DNA of 64,000 bases from a virus. Its lineage: Duplodnaviria; Heunggongvirae; Uroviricota; Caudoviricetes. Numbering within the stretch: the stretch's first letter is position 1; each line of letters begins with the position of its first letter. A model generated the notes under the pieces. The model saw only the letters and a list, made by a program, of their open reading frames with translations, was not told the origin of the DNA and searched no databases. The translations under genes and the position numbers were made by a program. Shown here piece by piece: positions 30,603 to 42,694 of the stretch. Location: the IMG/VR virus record IMGVR_UViG_3300042256_000013, positions 128,001 through 192,000 of that record. One strand, written 5' to 3'.

Positions 30603-31942
30603 TTAGAACCTTCCACTCTTGCGTAGCATAACACTATATCGAGGTCGTGTCAAGGCGGTGTACAGAATTCGGCACTTAGTATCATTGTTCGTAATTCGGT
30701 CAATGAAATCAGTATCGAACCAGATATTATCAAAAGTACTACCTTGTGACTTGTGAGCCGTAGTCGCATATGGATAGTTAATAACGTTAATCTTATTCTT
30801 GATTACATAATAATCTTGCCACATGTAAGGTTTATTATTGTTATCAGGATTAGCTACCTTACGTTCAATCTTATCTACTAAGTCTTTCAAATACTCTTCA
30901 AGTTTAATTCTGGTATATGGCCCAACACCTAATAAGTAGCTTCCGTTAGGTAATTTGAACTGCCAGCAATCAATTCCTAAAAAGGATTCTTGACGAATCT
31001 CAGGGCATTGAATAACCTGCTGTACTGTATAAGGACAGTTCTCAGTGATGCTCTCGAATACAATTGGCTCACCTTGGATAAACTCAGTCTCCATATGTTC
31101 ATGAAAGACTTCATTCCTGATATACATATTCGCGAAGTTCACTCGATAATTTGTATAAGCAATGATCTTGTTCTCTTGAACGAAATCGTAAAGCTTCAAC
31201 GATGAAGTACTATGTTCCTTGATATACTCTTTGTATACATCTAGGAATACCATTTCATCTTCAATCGGTGTAATAGTATCCAGAACATCTAATTGGTTCA
31301 ATATAGACATTGGATCATTACGAGTACCGATGCATTGACGGATTTGTGTAGCAACACTTAGAATTGGATTATCCAGTGCTTGTCTAAGTACTTCATTCAA
31401 TTCGTATTGCAACGGAATATCAAATGTAGGACTTAGTTTTGTTTCTCCAGTAGTACCTTCAGATTCAACTGGTGGTAACTGACATTTGTCGCCTATAAAG
31501 ATAATAGCACGGCGAACACGGTGAATTTGATCCATGATGTGTTGATACATTTCTTCAGAAATCATACTACATTCATCTACAAACAATACATCCACCATAG
31601 CTGTACTGTTCTTGGATTGTGGGTCATGTTTTAGTACTTGTCTATTTTTCTCATTGACTAATTTTAATCCTAAGAACGAATGTATAGTACTAACAAGAGC
31701 ATCATCTTTATCTAATCCAGCATTGATTAACATCTTACGTAAAACAGAGTTTGCTTTATGTGTGGGTGATGTTACTGCAATGTTATATCCCTGATATATA
31801 TTTCCGATGATTTCAGATACCAAAGTACTTTTACCTGTTCCAGCATAACCAACGATTACTGCCTCAGTTCTACCAGGAAAGTTATTGATTCTATCAATTA
31901 CATCATCAAAAATAATTTGTTGCTTGTCCGTAAGCGTAATAC

Positions 31943-31946
<4 letters not shown>
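30603..31946 (-). CDS. dda: SF1B DNA helicase Dda
   Basis: GYAGTGKST, PTHKA, TIHSFL, VDECSM, GDKCQLPPV, RQ, AYTN, TAHKSQGST, YTALTR. Confidence 0.9.
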
Positions 31947-33266
<1,320 letters not shown>

Positions 33267-33293
33267 AAGACGCTCTTAGTAAGTTTTGTAAAG

Positions 33294-33322
33294 ATTATAG
33301 CACAAATATGTTTATCGTTCCA
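33294..33322 (-). promoter_or_regulatory. TGGAAC-N17-TATAAT promoter
   Basis: Upstream of the DHFR-RNase H-Dda operon. Confidence 0.7.
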
Positions 33323-33373
33323 GTTTTTTATACTTTTTAACCATGTATAGGTAAATATGTATATAACTATTAA

Positions 33374-34111
<738 letters not shown>

Positions 34112-34122
34112 GGAGAATAAGC

Positions 34123-34776
34123 ATGTTTAATCGTAAAGAGAAACCTTCCATATTGGAAAGATTTTTTACTATTGTTGCGTGTTTCGTACTTGGTGTGTTC
34201 GTCCTGATCAACGCGAATTTTATACAAGGTAAAGCCGAAGCAGAAGTTTTCCCAATAATGATGAACAGTGTGTATGCTAGTCAGCAAAACACTCAAAACA
34301 TTAATGTGGAGTTCAGGAAGATGATGATCAAGTATCCTGATATACGTTCTGTGGTTTTATATAAATTCGTACAAGATAACGGAACGTCCATCTATACAGG
34401 TCAAATCAATATAACGTCTGAAACACACGATGGCTCTAAATTACCAGTTGATAGTAATATCAATCCTATGGTAGATAGTACTAACAGTATTCAAGATATT
34501 CTATTGAATAAGATAAACTACGAAAACGTTGCAACAATTCAACTTTTATGTGAGAACAAATTTAATGCATCTCAGCTTTTTTCATGCGAGAGATACAAAA
34601 AGATTGGTTCAAAATATAAAAGTGTAATATCTATACCAATAATCCAAAACGTCGATGTTGGCGTCATTGGATATGTAATGATTACATTGGGTTCAGAATA
34701 CGATAACCTTCAAGTTCAAGATCTTGTAAATGGTTTAAGACCATATATCACAAATGTTCAATTACTTGTCAATTAA
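34123..34776 (+). CDS. paralogous membrane-anchored GAF-like protein (second holin or antiholin candidate)
   Basis: TM, then VVLYKFV..N...YTGQI and ISIPI......GYVMI, shared with the upstream gene. Confidence 0.5.
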   Translation: MFNRKEKPSILERFFTIVACFVLGVFVLINANFIQGKAEAEVFPIMMNSVYASQQNTQNINVEFRKMMIKYPDIRSVVLYKFVQDNGTSIYTGQINITSETHDGSKLPVDSNINPMVDSTNSIQDILLNKINYENVATIQLLCENKFNASQLFSCERYKKIGSKYKSVISIPIIQNVDVGVIGYVMITLGSEYDNLQVQDLVNGLRPYITNVQLLVN

Positions 34777-34779
34777 TAT

Positions 34780-34807
34780 AAAAGGGAGCCTTTAAAGCTC
34801 CCTTTTT
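34780..34807. terminator. bidirectional intrinsic terminator
   Basis: AAAAGGGAGC-ctttaaa-GCTCCCTTTT between convergent genes. Confidence 0.8.
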
Positions 34808-34811
34808 GTTT

Positions 34812-35519
34812 TTAAACGTTAATAAACTTCTGTAGATCCGGTTCAAAGAAGTCAAGACCTTTCAGTACTTTACCATCTTTAGCACGACGAATTACAAAAT
34901 AAGAAGTATCATTAACTTGAACTTCAAAACCTTCAGCACCAATATAATCTTCTGGTTTTTCTTCCTGGCGTTGAGCAATACTCTTAGCACATTCATGAGC
35001 ACTTTTACAGAACTTAGCCATATTAGATGCGTGAACTTCTTTGAAAGCTCCAGGCAAATCAAAACCATGTTGAAGTGCTAAATCGATAGTGCTATAAATG
35101 AGACTGTTTAAACCACTTTGAATAGTACGAAGATCTCCCATTAATAATCCACGAGTAGTTTTTTCGTAAGAATCATTAATGTGTTTCATCATAGTGTTAG
35201 CAACACTCAGTCTGAGCAATGTGCTCTTTGAACGTTTTGGAATTTCATAAATTGCTGGCTCGATACCAAAGGTAGCAAGAGCACCATAAGCAACGTACAG
35301 AACGTCACAAATACCATCAAGAATTCCTTTCAAATCATCTTTTTCGATACTATCAAATAGTTCATTCTTTCCAGCCATTTCTTCTTTAATCAAAGAAAGG
35401 CGGAAGTTACCAACTTTAGTTGTAGGTTCAACGAAAGTAGTGTTTACTTTTTGTCCAGCAACAGTCATAAATTCGACTACCGCATCAAATTGTTCTTTGG
35501 TATTTGTTGTTTCAAACAT
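34812..35519 (-). CDS. MazG-like NTP pyrophosphohydrolase
   Basis: V.EF...GQ, R.SLIKEE..EL, D.ICDVLYVAYG, F.EVH.SNM.K, R..DGKVLKG..F..PDL. Confidence 0.8.
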   Translation of the reverse strand: MFETTNTKEQFDAVVEFMTVAGQKVNTTFVEPTTKVGNFRLSLIKEEMAGKNELFDSIEKDDLKGILDGICDVLYVAYGALATFGIEPAIYEIPKRSKSTLLRLSVANTMMKHINDSYEKTTRGLLMGDLRTIQSGLNSLIYSTIDLALQHGFDLPGAFKEVHASNMAKFCKSAHECAKSIAQRQEEKPEDYIGAEGFEVQVNDTSYFVIRRAKDGKVLKGLDFFEPDLQKFINV

Positions 35520-35896
35520 TACCATTCTCCATAATATGCGTCACCATAAACAACGGTGACTTTTCCTATTTCTGCAAAATTTGGTTCCATTTCTGATAAA
35601 ATCAGAAGTAGACCTTTGCAGTACTCTTTAATAAAATTCTCACTGAATTCGGAAGTTTTAATTTGGAACATCACGTTAGTTGCCGTTAGACTTCCACTAA
35701 CAAAAATGTTATCATCATATTCATACATAGCATCCAGAAGTTCATATTCTAATGGATTATCAAAGAGTCCTGCTGAAAAATCAATAGAAACTAAAGTTTC
35801 AGAAAACTCAGCTAAATGTAACTTTTTCAATGAACGTTTACTACGAAGCGTAGTCTTTGGATATTTTTCTTTTACTTTTTCAAATGAGTACTGCAT
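35519..35896 (-). CDS. yggL: YggL (DUF469)-like protein
   Basis: RSKRSLKKLHLAEF resembles YggL RSRRLRKKMHIDEF; similar length and C-terminal DA.Y. Confidence 0.6.
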   Translation of the reverse strand: MQYSFEKVKEKYPKTTLRSKRSLKKLHLAEFSETLVSIDFSAGLFDNPLEYELLDAMYEYDDNIFVSGSLTATNVMFQIKTSEFSENFIKEYCKGLLLILSEMEPNFAEIGKVTVVYGDAYYGEW

Positions 35897-35907
35897 TATG
35901 CTTTCTC

Positions 35908-36138
35908 TTATTTGCGATTCTGACGACGAGACTGACGAGCAACTTTATTCGCAGCACGGCGTTTAGTTTTGATTTTACGTTTTTCGGCTACATCAGAATC
36001 TTTCTTCATGTAAAAATTAGATAGACGTGCAATCATTTTTCGTGTATATTCCATTTCTTCAGCGGTCATTTCGTATCCGGTGATTTCTTCTGAAGCTTCG
36101 ATATTTTTTTCTACCATTTTATTCAGTTCGTTGTTCAT
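35908..36138 (-). CDS. small protein with basic C-terminal tail
   Basis: KRRAANKVARQSRRQNRK tail; AAGGA RBS; promoter 36173-36201. Confidence 0.7.
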   Translation of the reverse strand: MNNELNKMVEKNIEASEEITGYEMTAEEMEYTRKMIARLSNFYMKKDSDVAEKRKIKTKRRAANKVARQSRRQNRK

Positions 36139-36172
36139 TGTGATATTTTCCTTTTCACTGTTTAACATGTTC

Positions 36173-36201
36173 ATTATAGCACAAAAAATTATTCGGTTTC
36201 A
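36173..36201 (-). promoter_or_regulatory. TGAAAC-N17-TATAAT promoter
   Basis: TGRAAY class. Confidence 0.65.
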
Positions 36202-36401
36202 TCTTTTTTATCTTTAAGTATTGGAGAGAAAAAGATGATTTTATCCGTTGGGATATGTTCTAAAGTGTTTAAGACAATTCCATTATCACGAGCATCAATA
36301 ACATATCCAGTTATATTAATTTTATCCACCAAATAGAAGGTGTATTGATATTCAGGGTCGAAAGTAAAAATATCTTTTACTTGAGGTTGTGTGTTAGCCA
36401 T
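36189..36401 (-). CDS. Hfq/Sm-like small protein
   Basis: TFYLVDKINITGYV...DNGIVL aligns with Hfq [22 protein letters not shown]; 70 aa. Confidence 0.5.
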   Translation of the reverse strand: MANTQPQVKDIFTFDPEYQYTFYLVDKINITGYVIDARDNGIVLNTLEHIPTDKIIFFSPILKDKKDETE

Positions 36402-36440
36402 ATATTTTATCCATGAAAAAGGAGGCAATGCCTCCTGTTA

Positions 36441-37562
36441 TTATAATTCAAATCCTTGGAATGATTCTTCAGAAACATCATTATCAACTCCACCAATTAG
36501 GTAAGAACTAATTTCAGTTTCTTGTGGAGCTACTTGTACATCTGCTCCAGTAATCCAATCCACTGTCCAAGGTAGAGGATTGTTTTGACCAATGCTATAA
36601 GGACATTTAATACCTACAGCACTCATACGTTTACAACCAATCCAACGAACATATTGTTTTAGAATTGTTGCGTTTAGTCCAATGATAGAACCATCTTTGA
36701 ATAGGAAGTCAGCCCATTCTTCTTCTTGTTTGATTGCATCCATGAACATTGTTTGAACTTCATCATAACATTCATCTGCAATCTTAGCAAAGTCAGGATC
36801 TTCTTTCTTCATTAGGCGTAGCATCATTTGCGTAGCACCTAAGTGAATATTTTCATCACGACAGATAAAACGAATAATTTTCGCATTACCTTCCATCTTT
36901 TCATTCTCGGCAAAACTCCAAGAACATGCAAAGGATACGTAAAAACGAATTCCTTCTAAGATATTAATGCTATTGATACATAGCCAAAGTTTTTTCTTTA
37001 GCTCATATAAATCAACAATAACTTCTTCTCCGTTTACATTGTGCGTACCTTCACCAAGCATACGATACTTAAGAATATAATCATCCAAGTCATCATAGTA
37101 CTTTGCAATGTCTTCAGCACAATCTGTAATTTCAGGAATATCCAACATCGTATCAAATACTTCTGATGGATTTGGATAAACGTTACGAATAATATGTGTA
37201 TAAGAACGACTATGAATACTTTCAAAGAACGCCCATGTTTCAATAAACGATTCAATCTCTGGCAGAGATGCAATTGGTAGTAAAGCAAGATTAGGACCAC
37301 GACCCTGTACTGAGTCAAGAAGAATCTGACGCTTCAAGTTCGCAGTAAAGATATGTTTCTCATGTTCTTGTAATGCTTTAAAATCAATACGGTCTTTAGA
37401 TAAATCTACTTCTTGAGGACGCCAGAAAAAACTTTGATGGCTTTCAGTCATTTTCTCAAATGGTGCATATTTTACTGCATCATAACGTTGAATATCAACT
37501 GACTCATCTAAGAACATATTTTTTAGTAGATGAGAAGTTTCATTCTTTTTAAATACTGACAT
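36441..37562 (-). CDS. nrdB: ribonucleotide reductase class Ia beta subunit
   Basis: FFWRPQEVDL.KD, LDSVQGR.P, E.IHSRSYTHI, LEGIRFYVSFA, RDENIH, VAPQETEISSY. Confidence 0.97.
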   Translation of the reverse strand: MSVFKKNETSHLLKNMFLDESVDIQRYDAVKYAPFEKMTESHQSFFWRPQEVDLSKDRIDFKALQEHEKHIFTANLKRQILLDSVQGRGPNLALLPIASLPEIESFIETWAFFESIHSRSYTHIIRNVYPNPSEVFDTMLDIPEITDCAEDIAKYYDDLDDYILKYRMLGEGTHNVNGEEVIVDLYELKKKLWLCINSINILEGIRFYVSFACSWSFAENEKMEGNAKIIRFICRDENIHLGATQMMLRLMKKEDPDFAKIADECYDEVQTMFMDAIKQEEEWADFLFKDGSIIGLNATILKQYVRWIGCKRMSAVGIKCPYSIGQNNPLPWTVDWITGADVQVAPQETEISSYLIGGVDNDVSEESFQGFEL

Positions 37563-37571
37563 TGTATTTCC

Positions 37572-38345
37572 TTATGTGTTAATCTTTTTACCAAGTTTCC
37601 ATGAAAGCCAGTGAATATCACGTTGTCCATCTTTGGTAGTATTGTGTAGTGTTAATAGTTCGTTCCAAGTAAGAACAGTACTGTCAGATGGAGTATGTGC
37701 ATGATAACGAACCATACCATCTTCACATGGGTCAAAAGCAAGAATTTGTGCACCAGTAATAGTTTTTGCTGGTGGTTCTAACCCAAGCAACTCACGAACA
37801 TCATCTTCAATTATTTGAAAAACTGCAATTGCAGCAATGCTTAGTTCTGACCATTTTTCTTTGATGAAGTCCACGGTTAATTGCTGATATTTAGAAATAT
37901 AATTCTTATCCAGATATTCCCATTTCTCTTTGATAAAATCTACTGCCATTGTTTGGTATCTTGAAATTTCTCCAGCAACTTTATCAGAAAAGGCAACTAA
38001 TTGTTCCCATTTTTCTGAAAGAAAATCTTGAGTTAATTTTTGATACTTTGCAATTGTTTCTACGGCAGTACTTTCAAAGTCAGCCCATTTTTCTTTAATC
38101 CATTCAATAGGCATAACAACATATTGTGCTATGATATTTTTATTGAACCATTCCCATTTATCTTTGATGAAATCCATTGTCATTGTTTGATAACGTACTA
38201 ACGCATTAGCATCAAGTTTATGGAAATGTTTTTCAATAAAATCTTGTGGCAACTTCTGATACTGAACAACTTGGTTCATATCTAAGTCTTCCCAAAATTC
38301 TTCAATGAAATCTAAATCCATTGGTTTTGTATAATCAACTTTCAT
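37572..38345 (-). CDS. Trp-rich ~22-aa tandem-repeat protein
   Basis: About 7 repeats of YQ.L..DFI.EKW...(D) plus a distinct C-terminal domain. Confidence 0.75.
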   Translation of the reverse strand: MKVDYTKPMDLDFIEEFWEDLDMNQVVQYQKLPQDFIEKHFHKLDANALVRYQTMTMDFIKDKWEWFNKNIIAQYVVMPIEWIKEKWADFESTAVETIAKYQKLTQDFLSEKWEQLVAFSDKVAGEISRYQTMAVDFIKEKWEYLDKNYISKYQQLTVDFIKEKWSELSIAAIAVFQIIEDDVRELLGLEPPAKTITGAQILAFDPCEDGMVRYHAHTPSDSTVLTWNELLTLHNTTKDGQRDIHWLSWKLGKKINT

Positions 38346-38389
38346 TTATATATCCGACAAAAATCCCCTCACATGGAGGGGATCTCAAT

Positions 38390-40714
38390 TTAAATCTTAC
38401 AGCTATCGCAATCATCTTCTTCAGCTTCCATCGGAGGAAGAAGTACTACAATACCTTTTTCTTTCTTTTCACCTTCAAGCTTATCTAAATCTACTTCACC
38501 TGAACCATCATTGGTGTTCATGTAATATAAATTCTTAAGACCGTACTTGTAAGCTAAGAGTAATTCTGTAAGTAACATATCCATAGACAATTTACCATTT
38601 GGATAATTAGCTGGATTGTAACTTGTGTTAGCACTAATACTCTGATCGATATATTTTTGTAGAACTCCACAAATCTTAATATAACCTTCGTTACTTGTTT
38701 GATCCCAAAGTAATGTGTACTTGTTTTTAAGTTTACCAATCTCTGGCACAACTTGTTTCAAGATACCATCTTTTGATGCTTTAACTGAAACCAAATTACG
38801 TGGTGGTTCAATACCGTTAGTACTGTTACTAATTTGTGCAGATGTTTCTGCTGGCATTAAAGCCATAGTTGTTGCGTTACGAATACCATGAATAGCAATC
38901 TCTGCACGTAAACCTTCCCAATCCATCTTCAATTCAGTACCAACAAGTGAGTCAATACTTTTCTTATAATTGTCAATTGGTAGGATACCTTTAGCATAAC
39001 GTAGGTTTTCGAATTTCTCACAACGACCTTTTTCTTTTGCTAATTGTACTGATGATTTAATCAAATAGTAAGACCATGCTTCTGACCATTCGTTAACAGT
39101 CTCTAATGCACCGTCATCGTAACGTAGACCGCGTTTAGCAAGGAAGTACGCTAGGTTGATGATTCCTACACCTAATGGACGATAAGCCTTTGTAGCTCGT
39201 TCTGCGTGGATTACAGGGTATTCCTGATAATCTAGTAGAGCATCTAATGCACGTACTGATAGATCACATGCTTCTTCCATTTGTTCAGGTGTATCGAAAT
39301 TACCCCAATTGATTGCGGCAAGAGTACAAAGACTAATTAGTCCATCTTCATCATCTTTAACATCTTCAAATGGAATAGATGGAAGTGCAATTTCTTGACA
39401 CAAGTTACTTTGTTCAATTGGTGCAACTGATGGATCAAATGGTGAATGTTCATTTACAAGATCAATGTTTTGAACATAGATACGACCAGTTTCAGTACGT
39501 TCAGTCATTAACTGCGTGAATACTTCAATTGCTGGAAGAGTCTTTTTGCGAATACTTGGATCTGCTTCATATTTTTGATATAATACATCAAATTTATCTT
39601 GATCTGCACAAAATGCTTCATACAATCCAGGAACGTCACTTGGTGAGAAGAATGTAATATTTTTACGTTGAATTAAACGTTGGTACAAAGTTTTATTAAT
39701 TTGGAAACAGTAATCTAATTGACGAACGCGAGATACTTCCGTTCCTTTGTTATTCTTCAGTACTACAAGATCTTCGAATTCATAATGCCATAATGGGAAG
39801 TGAACTGTCGCTGCACCACCACGAACACCACCTTGTGAACATGATTTTACAGTTTTAGCAACTGCGTGTAGAAATGGAATCAAACCTGTATGAACTGCAT
39901 CACCACCACGAATTTCGGTTCCTACTGCACGAATGCGACCATAGTTAACACCTAATCCAGCTTTCTTCGAAATGTACTTCATGATAGCACTATTACCAGC
40001 ACTGATGCTGTCTAAACTATCACCTACGTTCATAACTACGCAAGAACTAAATTGACGAGTATTGGTACGAAGACCAGCCATAATTGGTGTTGGCAGAGAA
40101 ATGTCAAAGTTACTGATTGCATCGTAGAATTTCTTAACCCACTGAATACGATGTTCAGTATAATTCATGAATACGATAGCGGCAATCATCATATATGCCA
40201 TTTGTGGAGTTTCAAAGATTTGGGCTTCTATTCCTTTCTTTGAACGATTCTGTACTAAGTACTTACCTTCCCATTGTTTCATAGCAACAAAGGTAAATTT
40301 ATCATCACGTTTGTGTTTGATATAACGACCAAGTTCTTCTAGTTCATTAGTTGTGTACTTATCCATAATTTCAGAGTCGTACTTACCATTTTGAACTAAT
40401 TTGTTTACGTGGTCTAAAAATTTGATTGGCTCATAAGTTCCATATACTTGCTTACGTAGAGAATAGTTAATCAATCTACCAGCAACATATTGGTAATTAG
40501 AAGTTTCTTCAGAAATGAGTTCTGAAGCGGCTTTGATTAGAATGTCATGAATGGTCTTAGTACTCATACCTTCAAAGAATTGAAGTTGAGAACGCATTTC
40601 AATTTCTGAAACTGAAACACCTGTTAAACCTTCACACGCAAAAAATAAAATCTGGTGAATTTTATCTAGATCTAGTGCTTCCTTTGCACCATTACGTTTA
40701 GTAACGTTAATCAT
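38390..40714 (-). CDS. nrdA: ribonucleotide reductase class Ia alpha subunit
   Basis: ATP cone (VTKRNG), PTPIM, QFSSC, SNLCQEI, LCTL, MPAETS, C-terminal CDSCKI. Confidence 0.97.
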   Translation of the reverse strand: MINVTKRNGAKEALDLDKIHQILFFACEGLTGVSVSEIEMRSQLQFFEGMSTKTIHDILIKAASELISEETSNYQYVAGRLINYSLRKQVYGTYEPIKFLDHVNKLVQNGKYDSEIMDKYTTNELEELGRYIKHKRDDKFTFVAMKQWEGKYLVQNRSKKGIEAQIFETPQMAYMMIAAIVFMNYTEHRIQWVKKFYDAISNFDISLPTPIMAGLRTNTRQFSSCVVMNVGDSLDSISAGNSAIMKYISKKAGLGVNYGRIRAVGTEIRGGDAVHTGLIPFLHAVAKTVKSCSQGGVRGGAATVHFPLWHYEFEDLVVLKNNKGTEVSRVRQLDYCFQINKTLYQRLIQRKNITFFSPSDVPGLYEAFCADQDKFDVLYQKYEADPSIRKKTLPAIEVFTQLMTERTETGRIYVQNIDLVNEHSPFDPSVAPIEQSNLCQEIALPSIPFEDVKDDEDGLISLCTLAAINWGNFDTPEQMEEACDLSVRALDALLDYQEYPVIHAERATKAYRPLGVGIINLAYFLAKRGLRYDDGALETVNEWSEAWSYYLIKSSVQLAKEKGRCEKFENLRYAKGILPIDNYKKSIDSLVGTELKMDWEGLRAEIAIHGIRNATTMALMPAETSAQISNSTNGIEPPRNLVSVKASKDGILKQVVPEIGKLKNKYTLLWDQTSNEGYIKICGVLQKYIDQSISANTSYNPANYPNGKLSMDMLLTELLLAYKYGLKNLYYMNTNDGSGEVDLDKLEGEKKEKGIVVLLPPMEAEEDDCDSCKI

Positions 40715-40790
40715 TATACATCCTTGTTGTTGTTTTTCTTAAAAATTGTGGTTCTTTATTTATAAGGGTCGAAAAAAGGCGGGAGCCTTT

Positions 40791-41369
40791 TTAAATTGCA
40801 TCCCACCCGCGAAGTATGTACTCTACAGTAAAGGCTTCAGCACTATCATTAGATATTGTTACTGCCATTCTGTTTGTTCCTGTATCAAAGTCTGGATCTT
40901 CAAATTCGATCACTACTAGACCTTCAGGTTGATTTGTGTTGTTTTGTTGGGCGATAAGTACTGTACCGTCCTGAACCACAAGTTGTACTGAGCCAGATTC
41001 AAGTAAAGTACTTCCAGTAGCATTACTAAATCCGACATACTCAAGAAATAATCTTGATGTACTTTGTACGTTAACCGTTACTGAACCATTTGCTGGTACT
41101 GTAACTTTATATGGTTTATTAATTAGTTCGTTAAGAATACTCCAAGGTGTAAACTCTGTTAGAATTTCCACATTTTCCTTTCCACTATTTGGGGCATTAT
41201 CCCATGTTCTACCAGCAACAATAGACGCAGGTTCAGAAGAACTAGGTAGGCCGATAAAACAGCGACCTACATCAGTACTAAACCCTATTTGTCCTTTTTC
41301 AAGAGCCAATGGCAAATCACGTTGTTTACCCATACGAACTTGCATTAATGCAATTTCTTTTTGAGCCAT
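40791..41369 (-). CDS. virion structural protein (Mtd/tail-fibre-type N-terminal motif)
   Basis: QVRMG....LP..L..GQIGF..D....FIG motif; TAAATA at 41399-41404. Confidence 0.55.
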   Translation of the reverse strand: MAQKEIALMQVRMGKQRDLPLALEKGQIGFSTDVGRCFIGLPSSSEPASIVAGRTWDNAPNSGKENVEILTEFTPWSILNELINKPYKVTVPANGSVTVNVQSTSRLFLEYVGFSNATGSTLLESGSVQLVVQDGTVLIAQQNNTNQPEGLVVIEFEDPDFDTGTNRMAVTISNDSAEAFTVEYILRGWDAI

Positions 41370-41397
41370 AACTAAAATCTCCTATTAAAGTATAGAA

Positions 41398-41949
41398 TTA
41401 TTTAGTACTTTCGGCTTGAGCTTTAACTTCAGCAATACGCTTTTCAATTAACTCATTTACTTTTGTTCCGTCCACTGAGGATAGAATAGCTGCTGGAATA
41501 GCAGTTTTCAAATGTTTCAAGAATGGAGCAAAAGATTTAAAATCTTTTTCTTTTAATGCTTGTGAAATAATATCCACATCATCCTGAGAACTTTCAGTTC
41601 TGATAATCTGAACTTCATCTTCTGGAATAACTACTGAACTTTGAATTTCTTCAATGATAGCTTGTTGTTCTACAGTATTTGTTTTATATTCAAGTACTGC
41701 TTCATCAACGGTAGTACCTTCTACAGTAGCAGAACCTTGAATCATTAGATCAGCGATTTCTTCAGAAATTTGTTGAACTGTTTTTCCACCACGAGTTTTA
41801 TAATCTTTTATTGCTTGAATTAGTTTTACTGGAAGTGGTAGTTTATCCAGTTCTGAATTGTCTTGCTTGATCAATTCATCAATATCGTAACCCTTAGCTT
41901 GTACAGCTTTGATTGCGAAAATATCTTGTTTCATTGCTCTTAATCCCAT
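41398..41949 (-). CDS. hypothetical protein
   Basis: ORF with GGAG RBS before ATG 41949. Confidence 0.7.
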   Translation of the reverse strand: MGLRAMKQDIFAIKAVQAKGYDIDELIKQDNSELDKLPLPVKLIQAIKDYKTRGGKTVQQISEEIADLMIQGSATVEGTTVDEAVLEYKTNTVEQQAIIEEIQSSVVIPEDEVQIIRTESSQDDVDIISQALKEKDFKSFAPFLKHLKTAIPAAILSSVDGTKVNELIEKRIAEVKAQAESTK

Positions 41950-41950
41950 T

Positions 41951-42652
41951 TTACATTTCTCCACGTTGAGCGTAATACATTTCTACACGTTCAATCCACA
42001 TATTGATTGCTTCATCAAAATCAGCACCTTCAATAACAAATTCTTGATATTCCAGATTTTCAGGATCTTGTCTAACACAAATAAAAATAACACCGCGATT
42101 AATCGTAGTGTCATGTTGTTGATTATGTGCTAATGCGTATGCTGCAATCTGGAGACGGTAGTTTTCAATATATTCCCACGTCTTAGGTTTACGAGAGTTT
42201 TTATAGTCCATTATACTAGGGATGCCATTATGTATGCCTACTAAGTCCGTAGTTCCAGCCCAAAGTCCTTCATAATATAAAGGTACTTCTTGACCCCATA
42301 CTTCATTAATTTGAGGCCATGCATTTGCCTGTATAACATCAGCCATATTACGAGCCAGTACTCTTATCGGCATTCCACCTTTATGATCTGAATCGCCAAC
42401 TAATCTTCGTTCTAAGTTTTCATGCATGAACGTTCCGACTGTTGTAGCTTCTAATGTTATTTCGTTGGCTTTCTTTTCACCAACTGCGGCTCGCCATTTC
42501 TTCAATCCTTCATTATCAGAAGTGGCACTTAGTATTGTAGTCACGCTTGGCAGGTTTCCGCTTGGGGTAGAATAAAGGCGACCATCTGGGCCGCCTTCAA
42601 TTCGTTCATAACCTGTATACGTGTACTTATTAACAATAGGTGGTATGTACAT
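41951..42652 (-). CDS. PD-(D/E)XK exonuclease (RecB/Cas4/MGME1-like)
   Basis: PSVTTIL, GT.MH..LE, E..L.....AG..D, I.DYK, Y..Q.AAYA. Confidence 0.85.
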   Translation of the reverse strand: MYIPPIVNKYTYTGYERIEGGPDGRLYSTPSGNLPSVTTILSATSDNEGLKKWRAAVGEKKANEITLEATTVGTFMHENLERRLVGDSDHKGGMPIRVLARNMADVIQANAWPQINEVWGQEVPLYYEGLWAGTTDLVGIHNGIPSIMDYKNSRKPKTWEYIENYRLQIAAYALAHNQQHDTTINRGVIFICVRQDPENLEYQEFVIEGADFDEAINMWIERVEMYYAQRGEM

Positions 42653-42665
42653 CCTGTACTCCTAT

Positions 42666-42694
42666 ATTATAGCACATGTTTTTAGTTTGTTTCA
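42666..42694 (-). promoter_or_regulatory. TGAAAC-N17-TATAAT promoter
   Basis: TGRAAY class; only ~13 nt from the ATG, so a very short leader. Confidence 0.65.

Noticed and set aside
41951-42652. Cas4 or CRISPR system
   Set aside because: No Fe-S cysteine cluster and no repeat-spacer array; an ordinary phage PD-(D/E)XK exonuclease
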